Shown here: in pieces, positions 27,575-36,150 of the stretch
Numbering within the stretch: the stretch's first letter is position 1
Layout: every line of letters begins with the position of its first letter
DNA from: a virus
Lineage: Duplodnaviria > Caudoviricetes
Virus record (IMG/VR): IMGVR_UViG_3300025658_000004
Location: 1 to 36,940 of that record
DNA length: 36,940 bases
Strand: one strand, 5' to 3'
Program-made: the position numbers and the translations under genes
The notes under the pieces: generated by a model
Database searches by the model: none
What the model was told of the DNA's origin: nothing
What the model saw: only the letters and a program-made list of their open reading frames with translations

Positions 27575-28005
27575 AAGATGTACTTGCTGCATTAGATATG
27601 AATGCAAAGAATATCTATAATGAACTAGACGATAGCGAAAAAAAGCAAGTAGCATTCTGGTTACTCAATCGTTATATGGCAAGTGTACAAGGCAACAGAG
27701 AAAAACAAGAACTAGCAGTATTCAAAACAAATGAATACTATAATAAAAATTATAATGAGATACAAAGTAAACATAAAAACTTGTTATGGCAGTTACTTTG
27801 TATCTCTGGTAATACAGGTAAGATAGAATATCATCCTTGGATTGGATTTAAGAAAAAAACAGGTGGCAATAATAATGCTATTAACTTCTTACAAAAAATA
27901 TATCCAAACATGAAACTAGACGAGATTGAATTACTTGCTACTCAATATACAAAAAAAGAACTCAAACAGCTGGCTGAAGAGTATAACATTGACATCAAAC
28001 TCTAA
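27553..28005 (+). CDS. clamp loader small subunit, T4 gp62-like
   Basis: FWLLNRYM..., YHPWI..KK, AINFLQKIY and a helical C-terminus similar to the gp62 pattern. Confidence 0.5.
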   Translation: MAQKLPVKDVLAALDMNAKNIYNELDDSEKKQVAFWLLNRYMASVQGNREKQELAVFKTNEYYNKNYNEIQSKHKNLLWQLLCISGNTGKIEYHPWIGFKKKTGGNNNAINFLQKIYPNMKLDEIELLATQYTKKELKQLAEEYNIDIKL

Positions 28006-28681
28006 GCCATATGTATGCGAATACTGCGGTAGTGGATATGTAAGAGAAAAAACTCTTGCAGCGCATATGTGTGAAAAGAAGCGCAGAGCATTACAAAAAG
28101 ATGAGAAGCGAGTACGCTATGGTTATTATGCATTTCAACGTTTCTATAAACTAAGCGCAGGTACTAAGAAAGAAAAAACATACCAAGACTTTTGCAATAG
28201 TCAGTATTATAATGCATTTGTAAAGTTTGGATCTTTTCTTAATAATGTCAAACCTTTGTATCCAGAAAAGTATATTGATCATGTTGTTACTAGCGGAGTT
28301 AAACTTGATCATTGGTGTAAAGAAGAAATGTATGAAGCATATGCACTACAGGTTATATTAAAAGAAGATGTAGCCACAGCACTCGAACGTGCAGTAAAGA
28401 CAATGTCAGAATGGGCTGACGAGCATAAACCTGCACCGTGGAATCATTACTTTCAACATGTCAGTGCTAACAGAGCAGTGTGGCATATTAAGGATGGTAA
28501 AATATCACCTTGGCTCATATTGAATTGTAAAACAGGTAAGCAGATGTTAAGTACATTTAACGATGAGCAACTTGAATTAGTATACCACGTAATTAATCCC
28601 GAACACTGGGCAATGCGATTTAATCGTAATCCAAAAGATGTAGAACTTGTTAAACAAGTTGCACAAGAAGCAAAACTATAA
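27989..28681 (+). CDS. hypothetical protein with an N-terminal Zn-finger-like motif
   Basis: YVCEYCGSGYVREKTLAAHMC; probable TTG start at 27989. Confidence 0.7.
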   Translation: MTSNSKPYVCEYCGSGYVREKTLAAHMCEKKRRALQKDEKRVRYGYYAFQRFYKLSAGTKKEKTYQDFCNSQYYNAFVKFGSFLNNVKPLYPEKYIDHVVTSGVKLDHWCKEEMYEAYALQVILKEDVATALERAVKTMSEWADEHKPAPWNHYFQHVSANRAVWHIKDGKISPWLILNCKTGKQMLSTFNDEQLELVYHVINPEHWAMRFNRNPKDVELVKQVAQEAKL

Positions 28682-28691
28682 AGGAATAAAA

Positions 28692-29201
28692 ATGAAATTA
28701 GTATATCATCCAAATAAAGTATTAGAAACAAGATGTGATGAAATTGATTTAGAAAATCTACAATTTAATCCAAAAGAACTAAAAGAAGAAGCAGTGGATT
28801 ATATGCGTAGTCACAACGGAATTGGCATGAGCTGTAACCAAGTTGGCATTACTGACGCACGTTGGTTTGTAATGCAAACAATGGACAAGACACAGTCAAT
28901 TTTATGCATGAACCCAACTATTTTACAACACACTGCTGAGACAAATGTAGTTGAAGAAGGTTGCATGAGTTTTCCAAATGTATGGATGAAGATCAAGCGT
29001 CCTAGAGAAATACTTGTACACTTTTTTGATGAAGACTGTGTAGAGCAGGTATTTAAAATGGACGATGTAAACTCTCGCATCTATCAGCATGAGTTAGATC
29101 ATACACTAGGTATTACATTCAAAGATAGAGTAACAAATGCTAAATGGGATCTAGCATCACGTAAAGCAAACAAAATAAACAAACGATTAGCTGATGCCTG
29201 A
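28692..29201 (+). CDS. def: peptide deformylase
   Basis: The three PDF motifs GIGMSCNQ, EGCMS and QHELDHTLG; AAGGA RBS. Confidence 0.93.
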   Translation: MKLVYHPNKVLETRCDEIDLENLQFNPKELKEEAVDYMRSHNGIGMSCNQVGITDARWFVMQTMDKTQSILCMNPTILQHTAETNVVEEGCMSFPNVWMKIKRPREILVHFFDEDCVEQVFKMDDVNSRIYQHELDHTLGITFKDRVTNAKWDLASRKANKINKRLADA

Positions 29202-29766
29202 TATTGATATTGACTTTGCAGATAGAGATGTAATACTTTCTCAAATCAAACACAGGGTTGCAAAGCTAGACACAGATAAAAAACATAACACTGGTGTGTA
29301 TGTAACTGAGTGTCCGCACAACCCTGTTGATAATCTGTCAACAGTTGATTACAAGACCGCAGAAGAACGTGGATACTTTAAACTAGACTTTCTTAACGTA
29401 AGCATATACAAAGACGTTAAGAACGATGAACATCTACAACAACTAATGAATCGAGAACCAATATGGGAACTTCTAAAGCACAAGGACTTCGTGGATCAAG
29501 TGTTCCATCTAAGCGGACACGAAGTTCTCTTGAAACAGTTGAGTCCCTCGTCGGTACTCCAGCTGGCAGCTGGCCTGAGTATTATACGTCCAGCAAAAAG
29601 GCACCTAGCAAACGAAAGCTGGGAAACAATACTAAAGGAAGTTTGGACAAAGCCGACAAACGGTGAGTACTATTTTAAGAAAGCACACGCGGTGTCATAT
29701 GCAATGGCTTGTGTAGTGCATATGAATTTACTTTGTGAGGAATTAAACAATGACAAAAACAGTTGA
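29194..29766 (+). CDS. miniature DNA polymerase III alpha (DnaE, family C)-like catalytic fragment
   Basis: MPDIDIDF, KHNTGVY, GYFKLDFL, IIRP and YFKKAHAVSYA in DnaE order within 190 aa. Confidence 0.85.
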   Translation: MPDIDIDFADRDVILSQIKHRVAKLDTDKKHNTGVYVTECPHNPVDNLSTVDYKTAEERGYFKLDFLNVSIYKDVKNDEHLQQLMNREPIWELLKHKDFVDQVFHLSGHEVLLKQLSPSSVLQLAAGLSIIRPAKRHLANESWETILKEVWTKPTNGEYYFKKAHAVSYAMACVVHMNLLCEELNNDKNS

Positions 29767-30355
29767 ATGGAGTTTAACAACACCAAGCACTGAAGAAAAT
29801 TGGTGCTACAACCATAATGTACTAACCCCTGAGGGATGTAAGTTTATTGCCGATAAGTCAAAAGACGATGTATATACAGCTCGTGTAGCAACTCACGGTG
29901 ACTATGAGTCGGTTGAAAATACTAACATTAGAAGTAGTTTTATAACAATGTTAGATTCATCTGACCCAGAGCTTGAATGGGCGTTTCGTGAATGTACCTC
30001 TCAAGTGTTAACTCTTAACGATAATTTCTTTCACTTAGATATAGAAAAAATAGAATGTCTACAATATGGTGAGTACAGAGAAACAGATAACGGACATTTT
30101 GATAGACATATTGATGCATTAAGATTTTCATCAGGTGGGTTTCGTAAATTAAGTTTTTCGATACAGTTATCGGATCCATCAGAGTACGAAGGTGGAGATC
30201 TTTTACTTCACTATGGTCCTGAAGGAGTAACTTCGCCTAAAGAACAAGGAACTATGATTATGTTTCCTTCCACAATGTTGCATGAAGTTACACCGGTTAC
30301 CCGTGGTGTCCGTAGATCATTAGTTGGATGGGTATTAGGCCCAAGATTAAAATAA
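29750..30355 (+). CDS. 2OG-Fe(II) oxygenase (PKHD/prolyl-hydroxylase-like)
   Basis: HID, RKLSFSIQLS, YEGGDL, FPS...HEVTPVT.G.R.SLVGW; GAGGA RBS. Confidence 0.9.
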   Translation: MTKTVEWSLTTPSTEENWCYNHNVLTPEGCKFIADKSKDDVYTARVATHGDYESVENTNIRSSFITMLDSSDPELEWAFRECTSQVLTLNDNFFHLDIEKIECLQYGEYRETDNGHFDRHIDALRFSSGGFRKLSFSIQLSDPSEYEGGDLLLHYGPEGVTSPKEQGTMIMFPSTMLHEVTPVTRGVRRSLVGWVLGPRLK

Positions 30356-30357
30356 AG

Positions 30358-30729
30358 TTATGTCTTAGGCTTACGCACTAGCTGTATTGCTTTACGTTTG
30401 ATACGCTTCATAGATAAATTACTTAAATTTACTGTCGGACCTATTGTAACATTAACATCTTTTGAATTCATTGTCATAATAATATATCTAAATTGTTCAA
30501 GATCTTTTTTCAAAAAGATATTAATAGGAATCAATCTGTTTGATTCCCACCACCATATTTCACCTAACTGTAAAAATAACCGCTTTTGTTCATCGCCTTT
30601 TATGTCCGGATAAACGTACATACTGGTAACCCATTGATCTTGATTAATGATTATACCAATATATTCGTTGCCACCGTACTGTACTACGCTTAAAAATGGA
30701 AAATTTTCTTTAATATCTTTTAATAACAA
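30358..30729 (-). CDS. hypothetical protein
   Basis: Probable TTG start (MLLKDIKENFPFLS...); WWWESNRLIPINIFL core; basic C-terminus; fills the gap between plus-strand genes. Confidence 0.7.
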   Translation of the reverse strand: MLLKDIKENFPFLSVVQYGGNEYIGIIINQDQWVTSMYVYPDIKGDEQKRLFLQLGEIWWWESNRLIPINIFLKKDLEQFRYIIMTMNSKDVNVTIGPTVNLSNLSMKRIKRKAIQLVRKPKT

Positions 30730-30740
30730 CCTAAATCCAA

Positions 30741-30746
30741 TAAATA
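30741..30746 (+). promoter_or_regulatory. late-type promoter TAAATA, 5 nt before the ATG
   Basis: AATAAATAcatacATG. Confidence 0.55.
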
Positions 30747-30751
30747 CATAC

Positions 30752-31528
30752 ATGCAACTTGTATCAAGGTATTTAGTAAAAAATAATATAACCGTCATTG
30801 CTAATGACGCAGGATTCATCACGGAGTATAGACCAGTGTATAATAGACAAATTCAGCTGTATAGAGGTATTGAGAATAAACTAGATTTTAGAATTCTTAA
30901 CGCAGATCAAAAGCCAGTAGACATTAGTAACTACACTGTGCATCTTAAAATGTTTGATGAGAATAAAACATTAATAGTAGATGTACCGGGTACCATACTA
31001 GACGATGGCAGCACAGTTACACGAGGAATGATTGTAGTAACTATATCAGCAAGTGACTTGTTGAGTATTAAAGATCAATATGTAACCTATACGCTTCTTG
31101 TGCAAGATGAAACGAACGGTACTCGATTAACATACAGTGACACAAACTTTGGCGCTGCTGGCATAGCAAAAGTAAGATCAGATGCAATGCCAGGTGTAAT
31201 GCCTGCTAGATCTATTACAAGCTTCTTTGCTGGCAACGAGGATTGGGTAAGTAATGCATTTGATGCAGAGCCTGCTAAAAATGGTAACACAGCATTACAT
31301 ACAGCAGCATTATACCTAGACGGATATGTTGGTAAGATAATTGTTGAATGTTCGTTAAATAATTCTCTTGATGGTAACGAGTCGTGGAGCAACGTTGCAG
31401 AGATAGATTGCGACGGAACTGAGACAGACCCAGTGCCATTAAACTACTTTGGCGTATTTAATTATACACGTTTCAAAACATCTGCAAATCCAACAGATAC
31501 TATTACAAAGATTCTAGTTAGAAACTAA
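30752..31528 (+). CDS. putative structural protein, BppU-like N-terminal Ig-type domain
   Basis: LYRGIENKLDFRILNADQKPVDIS pattern; beta-rich; late-type promoter. Confidence 0.55.
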   Translation: MQLVSRYLVKNNITVIANDAGFITEYRPVYNRQIQLYRGIENKLDFRILNADQKPVDISNYTVHLKMFDENKTLIVDVPGTILDDGSTVTRGMIVVTISASDLLSIKDQYVTYTLLVQDETNGTRLTYSDTNFGAAGIAKVRSDAMPGVMPARSITSFFAGNEDWVSNAFDAEPAKNGNTALHTAALYLDGYVGKIIVECSLNNSLDGNESWSNVAEIDCDGTETDPVPLNYFGVFNYTRFKTSANPTDTITKILVRN

Positions 31529-31556
31529 TTGACAACATAACAAACGATGTTATAAT
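31529..31556 (+). promoter_or_regulatory. sigma70-type promoter for primase (probably leaderless transcript)
   Basis: TTGACA, 16-nt spacer ending in TGT, TATAAT; ATG 6 nt later; no Shine-Dalgarno sequence. Confidence 0.75.
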
Positions 31557-31562
31557 TATAAC

Positions 31563-32543
31563 ATGAGCACCGTATCTGATACAGTTAATACATTCTTGCC
31601 TGGTAAACGTAAAACTACTCCTAGTGGGTGGACAGCGTTTAATGCTCCCTGTTGTATACACAATGGAGAGTCAATCGATAAAAAGGCTCGCGGCGGTCTC
31701 ATAACAGAAGGTGATACAGTCAGCTATCACTGCTTCAACTGCGGCTATAAGTGCAGTTGGCAACCTGGTAGACCATTCTCAAACAAAATGCGTAAATTCC
31801 TACAATGGTTAGGAGCCCCTGATGATATAATCAACAAGGTGGCACTCGATGTGATGAGAGAGAATGAAGGAGTAGCAGTACAGTCAAGAATAGCTGAACT
31901 GCCAACCTTTGATACTGTTCCACTTCCAAGTGATGCGGAAAGAATTGCTGACATAATCAAACCCAGCCCGCACTGCATGAATGTACTAGAATATATGGTA
32001 CAGCGTGGACTGCATCTTAACGATGTAGATTATTATTGGTCACCTAGCTTAGGGTATCGAGACAGACTGATTGTGCCATTCTTCTATGAAGGTAGAATTG
32101 TAGGATGGACTGCTCGAAGCGTACTTCCGGATAAGAAACCTAAATACTTAACGGAAGTACAGCCCGGGTTTGTGTATGGACTAGACAAACAAACTTACAA
32201 CAAAGAGTTTGCTATTGTATGTGAAGGTCAGATTGATGCTATACACGTCGACGGGTGTGCATTAGGCGGAAGTGAAATAAGTGATCAACAAAGTTTACTG
32301 TTAAACCGTTTGCAAAAAGATATTGTAGTTGTACCAGATAGAGATAAAGCAGGCAGTAAACTAGTTGAACGTGCAATTGAATTAGGATGGAGTGTAAGCT
32401 TGCCAGACTGGTCATCAGAGATAAATGATATTAGTGATTGTGTAGATAAGTACGGTAGACTATACGCACTCTACAGTATAGCAATAGCAGCAGAGAGCTC
32501 GCCTCTAAAGATAAGATTGAAAGCAAAGAAATGGTTCGTTTAA
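31563..32543 (+). CDS. DNA primase, T4 gp61-like
   Basis: Zn-binding PCC...YHCFNCG; RLIVPF..GWTAR; PKYL; TOPRIM CEGQIDA and PDRDKAG. Confidence 0.9.
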   Translation: MSTVSDTVNTFLPGKRKTTPSGWTAFNAPCCIHNGESIDKKARGGLITEGDTVSYHCFNCGYKCSWQPGRPFSNKMRKFLQWLGAPDDIINKVALDVMRENEGVAVQSRIAELPTFDTVPLPSDAERIADIIKPSPHCMNVLEYMVQRGLHLNDVDYYWSPSLGYRDRLIVPFFYEGRIVGWTARSVLPDKKPKYLTEVQPGFVYGLDKQTYNKEFAIVCEGQIDAIHVDGCALGGSEISDQQSLLLNRLQKDIVVVPDRDKAGSKLVERAIELGWSVSLPDWSSEINDISDCVDKYGRLYALYSIAIAAESSPLKIRLKAKKWFV

Positions 32544-32644
32544 TTCAAATACTAATATGGCCGTATACATATGTACGTGACGAAATACGTTTTAGAAAAC
32601 GGCTGAAGGAACTACGTAAAAAAGATCCGTTTATATACAGATGA
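32531..32644 (+). CDS. 37-aa hypothetical protein (not in the ORF track)
   Basis: MVRLIQILIWPYTYVRDEIRFRKRLKELRKKDPFIYR*; overlaps the primase stop and has an ATGA overlap with the next ORF. Confidence 0.6.
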   Translation: MVRLIQILIWPYTYVRDEIRFRKRLKELRKKDPFIYR

Positions 32645-32826
32645 TACAACGTATTTTAGATTACGCAATGACTACTAAACTGTTTTGGCGGGTATGGCTT
32701 TGGTGGGGTATTAAAGAAGCTCGCAAACGTAGAATAGAAAGTGAACAGCGTTTAGCAGCAATGCCTAAACTATCACTAGAAGAGTATTGGGAGAAAGAAA
32801 GCAATGATAGAAATAATAATTTATAA
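32641..32826 (+). CDS. small hypothetical protein, Trp-rich N-terminal half
   Basis: 61-aa ORF within a chain of overlapping ORFs. Confidence 0.55.
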   Translation: MIQRILDYAMTTKLFWRVWLWWGIKEARKRRIESEQRLAAMPKLSLEEYWEKESNDRNNNL

Positions 32827-32914
32827 CATACTATTCTGGGTGCCATACATTTGGTTATGTAGTCTGCCCGAGCGCATGTTTGAATATGCTATGAAGGACG
32901 ACAATGGAAACTAA
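32804..32914 (+). CDS. 36-aa putative membrane peptide (not in the ORF track)
   Basis: MIEIIIYNILFWVPYIWLCSLPERMFEYAMKDDNGN*; GGAG upstream; bridges its two neighbours. Confidence 0.5.
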   Translation: MIEIIIYNILFWVPYIWLCSLPERMFEYAMKDDNGN

Positions 32915-33251
32915 TATTCTTAAAACCACACAGATGCTACAAGGTAATAGTGCTCAGCCTATGAATCAAGGCGATAAGTCTGTGCAGGGCAACGCAAAGA
33001 ATGCCCCGTTCAATCCACACACTTATCCCAATTCAGAAAATGTTACGCCACCAGTAGGCAAAGCAGCAGTGCGTGTAGTAGAACCGTCTACAAGGGCAGC
33101 AGTAAGAATGAGCCCTACAGAATTATATCATAAGAAAAAAGAACAGATGGACTACGAGATGCGACAAGCTATCTTAGTAGAATACCGCAAGGATGGTTCA
33201 ATTAAACCACCTGAGCTTGACACAGGAACAAACGTAGATATCGAAGTATGA
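32904..33251 (+). CDS. hypothetical protein
   Basis: AAGGA RBS; ATGA overlap with the carbamoyltransferase. Confidence 0.65.
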   Translation: METNILKTTQMLQGNSAQPMNQGDKSVQGNAKNAPFNPHTYPNSENVTPPVGKAAVRVVEPSTRAAVRMSPTELYHKKKEQMDYEMRQAILVEYRKDGSIKPPELDTGTNVDIEV

Positions 33252-34738
33252 TCACTTGGGGTGTAAGTGCTAATAGCCACGACGCTGCTCTAGCCGTGTT
33301 TGATAATGACCAACTACTCTTTGCAAGCCATAGTGAAAGATTCAGTGGCATAAAGAACGATGCTCATCTTAATCAAGCAATGATTGACTATGTACTTACA
33401 GAGTACAGTGATCCCGGACAAGTGATATGGTATGAAAGACCATTTGTAAAAACTCTTAGACAACTGCGAGCAGGACAAGGATGGAACTATGATAAAAACA
33501 ATATTCGTAAATATCTTCAATCTTACGGGATACATGCTCCTGTTAAGTATACTGATCATCATCTTGCCCATGCTGCTGCCGGCTATTATACTAGTCCTTT
33601 TGACCAAGCCACTGTTGTTTGCATTGACAGTATTGGAGAGTTTGACACGCTCACTATATGGGATGCTAACGGCAGTGACCTCAAGCGCATCTACAAACAA
33701 ACGTACCCACATTCGATAGGCTTATGGTATAGTGCTATGACACAGCGCATAGGTCTTAAGCCACAAGAAGACGAGTACATACTGATGGGTATGGCAGCAT
33801 ATGGCAACCCGCAACGTTTCTTTAACGAGATACTACATGAATTCTTTCATCCTGTAGATGGCCACAGCTGGTTAGATATATTTTATAATAAGCCTAGAGT
33901 TAAGATGCGTCATAATTTACATAGAGGATGTATGTGGTGGAGACCCGAGCTTAACGCTATACAAGATCTATTTGACATTGCTGCTGCTGTACAAGCGATA
34001 TATAGTTACTTACTAAAGTACGTTAGCAACTGGGCTAGATGGAAATCGACATCAGGTAATCTTGTTCTTATGGGAGGCTGTGCATTAAACTGTAGTGCAA
34101 ACAGCAGCATAAAATCAGATTGGAACAACGTATGGATAATGCCAAACCCGGGCGATGCTGGCAGTGCTGTAGGGTGTGTGCTTGCACATACAAACAAACA
34201 TATAAAAATGGACAATGCATTTTTAGGATATAATATACAAGGAGAATATCCAGTTGACAAAATCATCAAAGAACTTACCCAAACTGGCATCTGCGGAGTC
34301 GCGTCGGGTAGGGCAGAATTTGGCCCGAGGGCTTTTGGTAATCGTAGTCTTCTTGCTGATCCTCGTGGGAACGACATCAAAGACAGAGTCAATGACATTA
34401 AGAAAAGACAACAGTTCAGACCCTTCGCTCCAGTGGTGCTTAGTGAACATGCAGATGCAAACTTTGACGGATACTACAATAACTATATGCAGTTTACCTC
34501 AACCTGTAAGCATCCAGACCTGTACCCTGCCATCTGTCACGCAGACGGAACAAGCAGAGTCCAAACAGTTGAACCAGATGGCAGTGGTATACGACAACTG
34601 CTAGAGGCTTGGTACAAGCATACAGGCTGTCCAATGCTACTTAATACGTCACTAAATATCAAAGGCAAACCGATGGTTAATGACTTGACAGATGCAAAAG
34701 AGTTTGCTATAATGTATGGAGTAGAGGTGTTTTCATGA
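33248..34738 (+). CDS. O-carbamoyltransferase, NodU/CmcH/TobZ family
   Basis: HDAA, SERFS..KND, HHLAHAAAGYY, SIGLWY, MGMAAYG, GGCALNC, GDAG, EFGPRAFGNRSLLADP, FRPFAP, H.DGTSRVQTV, LLNTSLN. Confidence 0.95.
   Translation: MITWGVSANSHDAALAVFDNDQLLFASHSERFSGIKNDAHLNQAMIDYVLTEYSDPGQVIWYERPFVKTLRQLRAGQGWNYDKNNIRKYLQSYGIHAPVKYTDHHLAHAAAGYYTSPFDQATVVCIDSIGEFDTLTIWDANGSDLKRIYKQTYPHSIGLWYSAMTQRIGLKPQEDEYILMGMAAYGNPQRFFNEILHEFFHPVDGHSWLDIFYNKPRVKMRHNLHRGCMWWRPELNAIQDLFDIAAAVQAIYSYLLKYVSNWARWKSTSGNLVLMGGCALNCSANSSIKSDWNNVWIMPNPGDAGSAVGCVLAHTNKHIKMDNAFLGYNIQGEYPVDKIIKELTQTGICGVASGRAEFGPRAFGNRSLLADPRGNDIKDRVNDIKKRQQFRPFAPVVLSEHADANFDGYYNNYMQFTSTCKHPDLYPAICHADGTSRVQTVEPDGSGIRQLLEAWYKHTGCPMLLNTSLNIKGKPMVNDLTDAKEFAIMYGVEVFS
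34685..34713 (+). promoter_or_regulatory. consensus sigma70 promoter for the helicase, embedded in the carbamoyltransferase 3' end
   Basis: TTGACA, 17-nt spacer ending in TGC, TATAAT; GAGGTG RBS; ATG at 34735. Confidence 0.8.
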
Positions 34739-36150
34739 CAAGACAAAATACAGACTATGGGTATGAGATACAGAAGGTGTATCTTGAAATGATGATGACA
34801 GACGCTGAGTCGTTTGTTAGAGCCCAGGCGGTATTTGACCCTGGTAGCTTTGATAGGCGCTTGCAAGATACTGCAACGTTTCTAAATGATTATGTTATTG
34901 AGCATAACGCATTGCCTACGTTCGATATGATTAATGCAGCAACTGACGGACAGTTGAAACACCCGGGCGACTTACAAGAGAATCACTATGACTGGCTACT
35001 AAAAGAGTTTGAAACGTTTAGTAAGCACAAAGCATTAGAAGCAGCAATCCTTAAGAGTGCTGACTTGCTAGAGTCAGGTGAGTATGGTGCATGTGAGGAT
35101 CTAGTAAAGAAGGCTGTACAGATAGGCTTACAAAAAGACCTAGGTACAGACTACTGGGCTGACCCTAGAGGCAGACTAGAAGCAATCAAAGACAAGAACG
35201 GACAGATAAGCACAGGCTGGCCCAGCTTAGATAAGAAACTATTCGGTGGGTTCAACAGAGGTGAGCTTAATATCTTCGCAGGTGGCTCTGGGTCTGGTAA
35301 GAGTTTGTTCCTGGCTAACATGGGCGTGAACTGGGCACTGGCAGGTCTTAACGTAGTTTATTTAACGTTTGAGCTTTCAGAGAACTTGGTTAGTATGAGG
35401 GTCGACTCAATGACCACAGACATCCCCAGCAGAGATGTATTCAAGAGCATTGATGATGTTGAGATGAAGGTTAAGATGATTGGTAAGAAGTCGGGGGCCT
35501 TTCAAGTTAAGTACATGCCCACTGGTAAAAATGCCAATGACATCCGCTCATATTTAAAAGAGTATGAAATAAAAACAGGCAAAAAGGTAGACGTATTGCT
35601 TGTAGACTACTTGGATCTTATGCACCCTATTGCTGCAAAGATATCTGCAGAGAATTTGTTTGTGAAAGACAAGTACGTATCAGAAGAGCTACGTAACCTA
35701 GCAATGGAACTACAGTGTATCTTTGTTACAGCGTCACAGCTAAACAGAAGCTCAGTAGAAGAGATTGAGTTTGATCACTCGCATATCTCGGGTGGTATTT
35801 CAAAGATCAATACAGCAGATAACTTGATTGGTATCTTTACAAGTAGAGCTATGCGTGAGCGTGGACGCTATCAGATTCAGCTTATGAAGACACGTTCATC
35901 AAGTGGTGTAGGACAAAAGATTGATCTAGAGTTTGATCTAGACAGTTTGCGTATACGTGACTGTGAGCAAGATGGTGATGATGACTATTCACCAAACACT
36001 ACAACCACAAGCAGCAACATACTCAACAGCCTCAAACGCAATCCTACAACATCAGATGCACCAGATGAAGGCGCAAGCATAGGCAAAGTAAAAGCTGAAA
36101 CAGATTCAACTAAACTACGCAGCTTCATCAACAACCTTGGCGGAGATTAA
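34735..36150 (+). CDS. replicative DnaB-like helicase, T4 gp41-like
   Basis: ISTGW..LD, GGSGSGKS, YLTFELSE, LVDYLDL, TASQLNR, QLMKTR. Confidence 0.95.
   Translation: MTRQNTDYGYEIQKVYLEMMMTDAESFVRAQAVFDPGSFDRRLQDTATFLNDYVIEHNALPTFDMINAATDGQLKHPGDLQENHYDWLLKEFETFSKHKALEAAILKSADLLESGEYGACEDLVKKAVQIGLQKDLGTDYWADPRGRLEAIKDKNGQISTGWPSLDKKLFGGFNRGELNIFAGGSGSGKSLFLANMGVNWALAGLNVVYLTFELSENLVSMRVDSMTTDIPSRDVFKSIDDVEMKVKMIGKKSGAFQVKYMPTGKNANDIRSYLKEYEIKTGKKVDVLLVDYLDLMHPIAAKISAENLFVKDKYVSEELRNLAMELQCIFVTASQLNRSSVEEIEFDHSHISGGISKINTADNLIGIFTSRAMRERGRYQIQLMKTRSSSGVGQKIDLEFDLDSLRIRDCEQDGDDDYSPNTTTTSSNILNSLKRNPTTSDAPDEGASIGKVKAETDSTKLRSFINNLGGD

Noticed and set aside
29194-29766. dnaE pseudogene
   Set aside because: The ORF is intact, overlaps both neighbours, keeps the catalytic motifs selectively, and has no flanking remnants.
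30647-30822. Long head-to-head overlap of the ORFs called 30358-30822 (-) and 30647-31528 (+)
   Set aside because: More plausible starts at 30729 (TTG, minus) and 30752 (ATG, plus) remove the overlap.
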